Virus record (IMG/VR): IMGVR_UViG_3300005290_000006
Location: 113,395-133,394 of that record
Strand: one strand, 5' to 3'
DNA: 20,000 bases
From: an uncultured virus (IMG/VR IMGVR_UViG_3300005290_000006)
Taxonomy: Duplodnaviria; Heunggongvirae; Uroviricota; Caudoviricetes
The position numbers and the translations under genes were made by a program. Shown piece after piece: positions 14,658 to 20,000 of the stretch. Below the pieces are notes generated by a model. It made no database searches. It had not been told where the DNA came from and worked only from the letters and a program-made list of their open reading frames with translations. How positions within the stretch are numbered: position 1 is the stretch's first letter; each line of letters begins with the position of its first letter.

Positions 14658-17600
14658 TTATTTTTTCTTCCCTGTGAAAGGGTCCAGAGTTGGATCGTTT
14701 TGCGCGGGATCAAGACCATCAGCGTTGTCATCGCCTTTGTCCTTGCTCGCGTCTGGATCATCGTCCGGAGTCTCTTCCTCTTCTTCCTCGCCCGGCTCTT
14801 TTGAGGCAGGGTTGTCAGGATCATCATCCAGGTTAAGGCTATCGTCATCGGGCTCAACTGGAGAGAGATCGTCCCCACCCAAACCACCACCCAGATCATC
14901 ATCCCCAGTACCAGCGGGAACGATAGGGTTACCGAGCTCATCGGTTGCGGCAGCGCCTTCTTCAGGCTCACCAGCGGCCAGAGCTTCTTCCAAAGCAGTG
15001 AGTGCCTTCGCGATCTTCTTCTGGTGCTCTTTGACTGTCTTCTTGTCCGCCGTCGCCGTATCAATAACGAACTTGGCCAAGAACTCGGCAAGGTTGGTAC
15101 GCTGGTGTACAACGGAGTTAACCATTGACGCCATCCCACCACCTTTACCTTCGCTGACAATCTCATCGAACGGCATCGGCATGTTGTAGCGTTTGAATGC
15201 TTCAGTCGTGAAGTTAGCCCGTAGAGCTTCTTTCACAGCGTCTGCATTGTAATCGCCATCTTCCAGACCCAGAGTCTTCGCCACAACAGGCAGCATTTTC
15301 TGGTAACCGGACATTTCGATCCACGCATCCACCAACGCATCCACCGCGTCCAGCTTCTCCTTGAGCTTGGTAGTGCTCTCGGTGCTAGCCGGCGCAGGCA
15401 ACCAGCAGAAGACGTTGTTCACGAAGTCAGTCAGGATCAACTTGATCTTCACATCGTCCGTGCCTTCCAACGGCTCTTTACTGTCTGGTACCCACAGCGG
15501 CTTGTTCGCCACAATGACTTGAACCAGGTCATTCAGGAAAGGACCGTTAACCGCCAAGTGTTTGCGCATGAAGTCAATGATCATTTCACACCACTGATCC
15601 TGCCAGTTAACGCCCTGGTTGTAGATCATCTGGTGTTCGGTCAATGCTTCAATCTGGAAGTTGTTCTCGTTTCCATCCACCACATCAAGCCAACTGCGCG
15701 GCAAGCTGAAGTAGTTGGAGATCTTGTTGAGGACTTCTTCCCGACTGGCCTGGTCAACAGGTTTGAACACCTGCTTTTCCATGTGCGAGATGTCGATATC
15801 CGGTGTAGGCATGTGTGGGTTTTCACCCGCATTGATCTTCACCGTCAACGACGATTCACGCAACGCATCAACGATCTGAGGAACCGACAACTGTGCCGTG
15901 GAGAGAATGCTGTGAATCCGAGGGTTGGCCTCGAAGAACACACTCCGGGCAATCGCAATGGTGCGTGCGGGGTCCGGATCCTCCTTCTGGATGTTGATCG
16001 ACATCAGGCTGTGAGGTTGGGCTGCTTCCAGGTTAGCCATGGCGTCAGCAACGTCAAAGGCTGCCAGGCGAGCGATGTGCATCTTGGCCGACTGGGTCAA
16101 CGATTGACCAATCCCCAAACGGTTGTATTTCAACGCCATGTACGTAACGCTTTCACCTGGAACATACAGGCAACGTACCGACTGACGTTTAAACATCCGC
16201 GACAAGAAGATCTTGTTGGTCTCTTCGTCGATGCTGATGCTGATGTTGTCACCCTTACCGCTGATCACCGCCGACATGAACTGACGGATGATGCTGGCAC
16301 GGGCCATCTCGGCAAACTCAGCCATGTCGAACTCACAGTCCTTACCGTCCTGAATCGTCTTCAGGTTGGAGATCAGACTGTCAGTGCTGCCGCCTTTCGG
16401 CTTGTTGGCAATCGACTGGTTGTTCTTCTTCATCGACTGGTAGTATTCCGCGTCTGCGGTGTTCTTGAGGAAGTTACCCTCGTCGTCGAGAAGAAAGATG
16501 AAGTCTTCGTGTTTACCGTTACTGCCCTGACGGTGGATTGGGATCACAGCCTCGGAGGGAACGTGCCAGGTCAAACCACGGCCGTACAGGTTACCCGACA
16601 GCGAGTCGTTCGACTTAACGAACTGGATCGACTGGTGAGCCACGCTGCGGTTGATGAACAGGCTCTTGCTGAGCTGGTCAACTTGCTGCTCGGTCAGGTT
16701 GTTGGTCTTGGCCTTCGGGTCGTTAGGCTTCTGCTTTTTCTTTTCCTGCTTCTGCATCGCAGACTGAATCACAAGACTCAGGTCTTCAGTCCCCATGACT
16801 GCATCCACGTCACTTTGACGGGTTACAGCGCTGAGTTTCTGAAGATAAAGCAGGGAAGGGTTATCGGTCAGTGTGATGCCGAAGTCAACCTTGGCCTTAA
16901 CACCCTTGTCATCAACGGCTTCTTTCTCACCGAAGAGACTGAACTCATTGCCCTGATAAGTAGAACGACCACCCATGATCGCTTCCAGGCCACTAACGTG
17001 ACTGGCTTCAACCTTGGCATTGGGATCCCGTACGAACAACCCACGGTTACGCGCCAGATACTTGCCGCTGGCGGTGTCCTTGACGAACTCTTTATCGACA
17101 GCCATAGCGGCTTTCGTTTTGTAGATTTCGTAGGCTTCGTTACCTGCACGGTTCGACGGATCATTGCTCGCGGCCAGTTCAGAACCGTTGATCAAATAAT
17201 CCAGTCCAGGACGGCTCAGGTTGAACAGAACATAACTGCCTGTGTTCCAGAGCATGTCGTGGATCATCGGGCGCAATTCCGCCTCGATTTTATAGTCGTT
17301 CGTGTAGTAGTTATCCCATATGCGAATCATTTCTTCGTGAAGCTTAGCGTTCTTGAGCTTCGATGGGCGGGTGTCGTAGTTGAGGGTCTTATCCTGTTTG
17401 CCGTTCGGACACAGCATGATCGTGTCCCATACCAGTTCCGCCTTGTCAATATAAGGCGTGATCTGACGCAAGTCGGTGGCGGCGTTGATGTTGTTACTGA
17501 TAATGTTGCTTAGCCGCTCCAACTTGTGAGCATTGACATGCTGCTGACCCTGAAGCTCATCACGTTCAGGGTTTTGGCCGTTGCGAGGAACCGCGTTACG

Positions 17601-17705
17601 TAGCGTGCTCTTCACAACCGGGTTGATGTTGTTAATGTCGGCCCGTAGGGCTGTGTAGTCTACCTGGATATTCCCTCTCGTACCAGGACGATTTTCCCTA
17701 GCCAT
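14658..17705 (-). CDS. Portal protein (phiKZ gp129-like)
   Basis: About 1015 aa; start moved to ATG 17705 (GAGGT SD). Motifs 'IHDMLWNTGSY', 'VPSEAVIPIH', 'FLLDDEGNFL', 'FLSRMFK...LYVP...YMALKYNRLGIGQSL' and a long acidic C-tail resemble phiKZ-family portals. It is divergent from a gp128-like gene. Confidence 0.8.
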   Translation of the reverse strand: MARENRPGTRGNIQVDYTALRADINNINPVVKSTLRNAVPRNGQNPERDELQGQQHVNAHKLERLSNIISNNINAATDLRQITPYIDKAELVWDTIMLCPNGKQDKTLNYDTRPSKLKNAKLHEEMIRIWDNYYTNDYKIEAELRPMIHDMLWNTGSYVLFNLSRPGLDYLINGSELAASNDPSNRAGNEAYEIYKTKAAMAVDKEFVKDTASGKYLARNRGLFVRDPNAKVEASHVSGLEAIMGGRSTYQGNEFSLFGEKEAVDDKGVKAKVDFGITLTDNPSLLYLQKLSAVTRQSDVDAVMGTEDLSLVIQSAMQKQEKKKQKPNDPKAKTNNLTEQQVDQLSKSLFINRSVAHQSIQFVKSNDSLSGNLYGRGLTWHVPSEAVIPIHRQGSNGKHEDFIFLLDDEGNFLKNTADAEYYQSMKKNNQSIANKPKGGSTDSLISNLKTIQDGKDCEFDMAEFAEMARASIIRQFMSAVISGKGDNISISIDEETNKIFLSRMFKRQSVRCLYVPGESVTYMALKYNRLGIGQSLTQSAKMHIARLAAFDVADAMANLEAAQPHSLMSINIQKEDPDPARTIAIARSVFFEANPRIHSILSTAQLSVPQIVDALRESSLTVKINAGENPHMPTPDIDISHMEKQVFKPVDQASREEVLNKISNYFSLPRSWLDVVDGNENNFQIEALTEHQMIYNQGVNWQDQWCEMIIDFMRKHLAVNGPFLNDLVQVIVANKPLWVPDSKEPLEGTDDVKIKLILTDFVNNVFCWLPAPASTESTTKLKEKLDAVDALVDAWIEMSGYQKMLPVVAKTLGLEDGDYNADAVKEALRANFTTEAFKRYNMPMPFDEIVSEGKGGGMASMVNSVVHQRTNLAEFLAKFVIDTATADKKTVKEHQKKIAKALTALEEALAAGEPEEGAAATDELGNPIVPAGTGDDDLGGGLGGDDLSPVEPDDDSLNLDDDPDNPASKEPGEEEEEETPDDDPDASKDKGDDNADGLDPAQNDPTLDPFTGKKK

Positions 17706-17726
17706 CGTAAACCTCATGAGTAAATT

Positions 17727-20000
17727 ATGAACAATATCGAATTTGATGCGTACATTTCCAGCGTGTGCCGCTTAGTGCGCACGATGGTTATAAAGATCGA
17801 GGCAGCCGCTGTACGGGACAACAACATGCTTTTAAAGGCCGGTATTCCTGTCAGCAGTGACAAGACCACCTGGCGTTATTACATGAACATGAATGGAGAC
17901 TATCACCCAACAGATGAGGTGATGTACGTCAAGTCTGTAGACACAGGCGAGATGATTGTCTTCAACAAAGCGAATATGGAAATTCACCTGGCAACGTTCC
18001 GGGAGTACAACTCCGGCGGCGAGCTGTTCCAACGCCTTAGCAACACCTATCAAGGGCAGTCAGAATTAATTCGCGGTATATTGGCTCCCATCCCGTATGC
18101 CGAGACGATTGGGGCTGAGGACTATAAGATCCTCAAGTACAACAAGAACCTGGTGCTGTGGAACGAGGATCAACTCCTTCCGAAACTGCAAGCCTGGGTG
18201 AACGTTGAATGTGCCCTCGTTTTCGAACACGACTACATGCTGACCGAGAACCTGATGCTGCCGCTGGCGGTGATGCAGCTCTATGCGGATTTGATCAAAC
18301 AAATCTGTACAGTGCGGCATGAAGCGATCGGGACTCGATATGTCCATGACTTCTACATTTGGGCTCGGATTGATTCTTACGGAGACTTCTCCAAGTATAA
18401 GAATAGTCTGACCCGTTTTCAGATCATGTGGTTGTACCGCAACATCGCCTGGATTAAGAACAACCCGGGACAGCAATACACGTTTGGCAAACTGTTGGAC
18501 AACCTGCTGACTCACGCTGGCATCCCGCTGGCGAAGTACGACATGGTTGAGACCACGGAAACCCAGACGGAAGACCTGACCCCAACCCCGCTGTACCGCA
18601 AGCTCCAGATGAACCTCCTGGAAGACTACGGTCGGGCTGCCTCCTTCATCGACACCAAGGCGTTGATCCTCAAGCAGCAGTACGTCGCTAAGGACAACTA
18701 CGACCAAACGTCTATCTACTACGAAGACGCGTTGCAGAAGGGTAAGTACAGCCTGCATTCGGAACTCCCTACCAAGACCCTCGAATCCTCCATGAAGGAT
18801 TACACCAACCGGCACATCGACACACTGATGTCCACGGTGTTCAACGAGTGGATCTACTTGGCGGGTAAAGGCTTGTTCAAAGGCAAGATCCTGGTGGTCG
18901 ATCCGAAGAACGGTAAGTCGGTCCGTTTGCCAGTGGGTGATGCGTATTACATCTGGCGTTACCTGATCAACTTGACTCAGGGTAAAGAGCTGCTTGAAAT
19001 CGAGCCCGCTCAATACGCCAACGTGATGAAGATTAAGCCTCCTTCAATTGCGGAGTTGGTAGCAATCGGTGGTAAGGCGTTCATTAACGAAGTGGACGCT
19101 AAAGGGATTCGGGATCAGTGGGTACCGGTGGATACATTCATCTCCCCTGAATACTTGATGACTTACGCGACGGCTGTTTACCAGGCCCAGTGGAACCACC
19201 GCAAGATCTTCAGCCACTACTACGACCTCAACATGCGCGCCCGGGTTAAGAACACCTGCGCACTCATGTACGAGACCGGGTACCTCACCACGCTCAGTAG
19301 CTACACGTCGTATAAGAATCTGATCGAAGGCTATGAACTGGACTTCTCTGAGTACTCAGCAGATGAAGCCCGGAACTTTGCCTGGGACATCTTCAAACGC
19401 ATTACCGGTTGGGACAGCAACAACCATCCATCGCTGCGTGCTAAACAAAGCGACCTCATCGAGATCATGACTCGTTTGTCTTCCTACACCATTCAGGTGA
19501 TCAAGGAGATGGACGATGGGATGGACCTGACCGAGTTGAAGAACGAAACCTTTATCGGTGATCCAAAATGGATTGGTAAAGGTAACGGTTCTTACGGGGA
19601 TTTCCAAAACGCCAAACTGCTTACCCGCGGCTACATCGACGGGATACGGCACATGGCGTCTGTGACCCCGATTACCGACGCGACCAAGCCAAAGGCTGTG
19701 ATGGGTGCGGATGGCAAGGCAACGATCGTCACCGGCGATATCCTGAAGTCTGTGGACCTTTCAGACGATCTGCGTAAGTACGCAGTAAGAATGAACGACA
19801 CCTCGTACTTCAGGCCGCTGCCGCTGGAGGATATTCCTAAGCCACCGGATGAGGTCCCTGATACGTTCTACGGTCAGCTCAAGTTCCCTGTCCCGGTTAT
19901 CCACACCATTCCTGACACGTTTTACGAGAAGCTCAAGTTTCCGAAGAAACCGTTCACGCGGGTACCGGATACAAACTACGGTAAGCTGAAGTTCAAGAAG
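17727..20000 (+). CDS. Virion structural protein (phiKZ gp128-like, possible tail/baseplate component); truncated at the window end
   Basis: Missing from the ORF track because it is open-ended. It begins MNNIEFDAYISSVCRLVRTMVIK...TWRYYMNMNGDYHPTDEVMYVKSVDTGEMIVF and the same frame is coding at 20000 (>758 codons). The WxYYxNxxGxYHxxD motif is typical of this phiKZ family. Confidence 0.75.
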   Translation, partial: MNNIEFDAYISSVCRLVRTMVIKIEAAAVRDNNMLLKAGIPVSSDKTTWRYYMNMNGDYHPTDEVMYVKSVDTGEMIVFNKANMEIHLATFREYNSGGELFQRLSNTYQGQSELIRGILAPIPYAETIGAEDYKILKYNKNLVLWNEDQLLPKLQAWVNVECALVFEHDYMLTENLMLPLAVMQLYADLIKQICTVRHEAIGTRYVHDFYIWARIDSYGDFSKYKNSLTRFQIMWLYRNIAWIKNNPGQQYTFGKLLDNLLTHAGIPLAKYDMVETTETQTEDLTPTPLYRKLQMNLLEDYGRAASFIDTKALILKQQYVAKDNYDQTSIYYEDALQKGKYSLHSELPTKTLESSMKDYTNRHIDTLMSTVFNEWIYLAGKGLFKGKILVVDPKNGKSVRLPVGDAYYIWRYLINLTQGKELLEIEPAQYANVMKIKPPSIAELVAIGGKAFINEVDAKGIRDQWVPVDTFISPEYLMTYATAVYQAQWNHRKIFSHYYDLNMRARVKNTCALMYETGYLTTLSSYTSYKNLIEGYELDFSEYSADEARNFAWDIFKRITGWDSNNHPSLRAKQSDLIEIMTRLSSYTIQVIKEMDDGMDLTELKNETFIGDPKWIGKGNGSYGDFQNAKLLTRGYIDGIRHMASVTPITDATKPKAVMGADGKATIVTGDILKSVDLSDDLRKYAVRMNDTSYFRPLPLEDIPKPPDEVPDTFYGQLKFPVPVIHTIPDTFYEKLKFPKKPFTRVPDTNYGKLKFKK
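19854..20000 (+). repeat. 54-nt (18-aa) degenerate tandem repeat within the CDS
   Basis: VPDTFYGQLKFPVPVIHT / IPDTFYEKLKFPKKPFTR / VPDTNYGKLKFKK, with the Pro codons at 19857, 19911 and 19965. Confidence 0.85.

Noticed and set aside
14444..15189. Alternative-frame ORFs 14444..15166 (-) and 14653..15189 (+)
   Set aside because: They are by-products of the low-complexity acidic tail of the portal.
15519..17513. 664-aa ORF antisense to the portal, and similar antisense ORFs at 5421-6287, 7690-8826, 11276-12457 and 18066-19013
   Set aside because: Each overlaps better-supported genes on the opposite strand and fits the same codon-bias artefact.
1..20000. CRISPR array, tRNA, intron/intein or transposase
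   Set aside because: I saw no regularly spaced nucleotide repeats with unique spacers, no cloverleaf in the short intergenic gaps, and no such motifs in the ORFs.

Overview
This window comes from a phiKZ-related (Chimalliviridae-like) jumbo phage genome, probably infecting a Pseudomonas-like host (inference). Homology calls come from recalled motifs and gene order, not from a search. The conserved core runs: 5' end of a DnaB-like helicase (-), a gp119-like gene, the major capsid protein, a coiled-coil protein, the non-virion RNA polymerase beta N-terminal subunit (phiKZ gp123-like) and a large conserved hypothetical. The portal (-) and a gp128-like virion protein (+, runs off the end) close the window. 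Between them lies a ~5.8 kb accessory island (8.9-14.6 kb) behind an early-type promoter. It encodes a small membrane protein, a glycine-zipper protein, a 2OG-Fe(II) dioxygenase-like enzyme and five unknown proteins. The most notable observation is that those five proteins appear to be built by shuffling two diverged modules: a helical hairpin 'L(S/T)NxELxxLL...LLxxIxxRL' and an alpha/beta domain. All five ambiguous bases of the window fall in one copy of the hairpin module. Other signals are dyad ribosome-binding sites shared by head-to-head genes, a TTATGTTTG motif after the core-gene terminators, a long hairpin starting at the capsid stop codon, G-x-E protease sites in capsid and portal, and an 18-aa tandem repeat at the window end.
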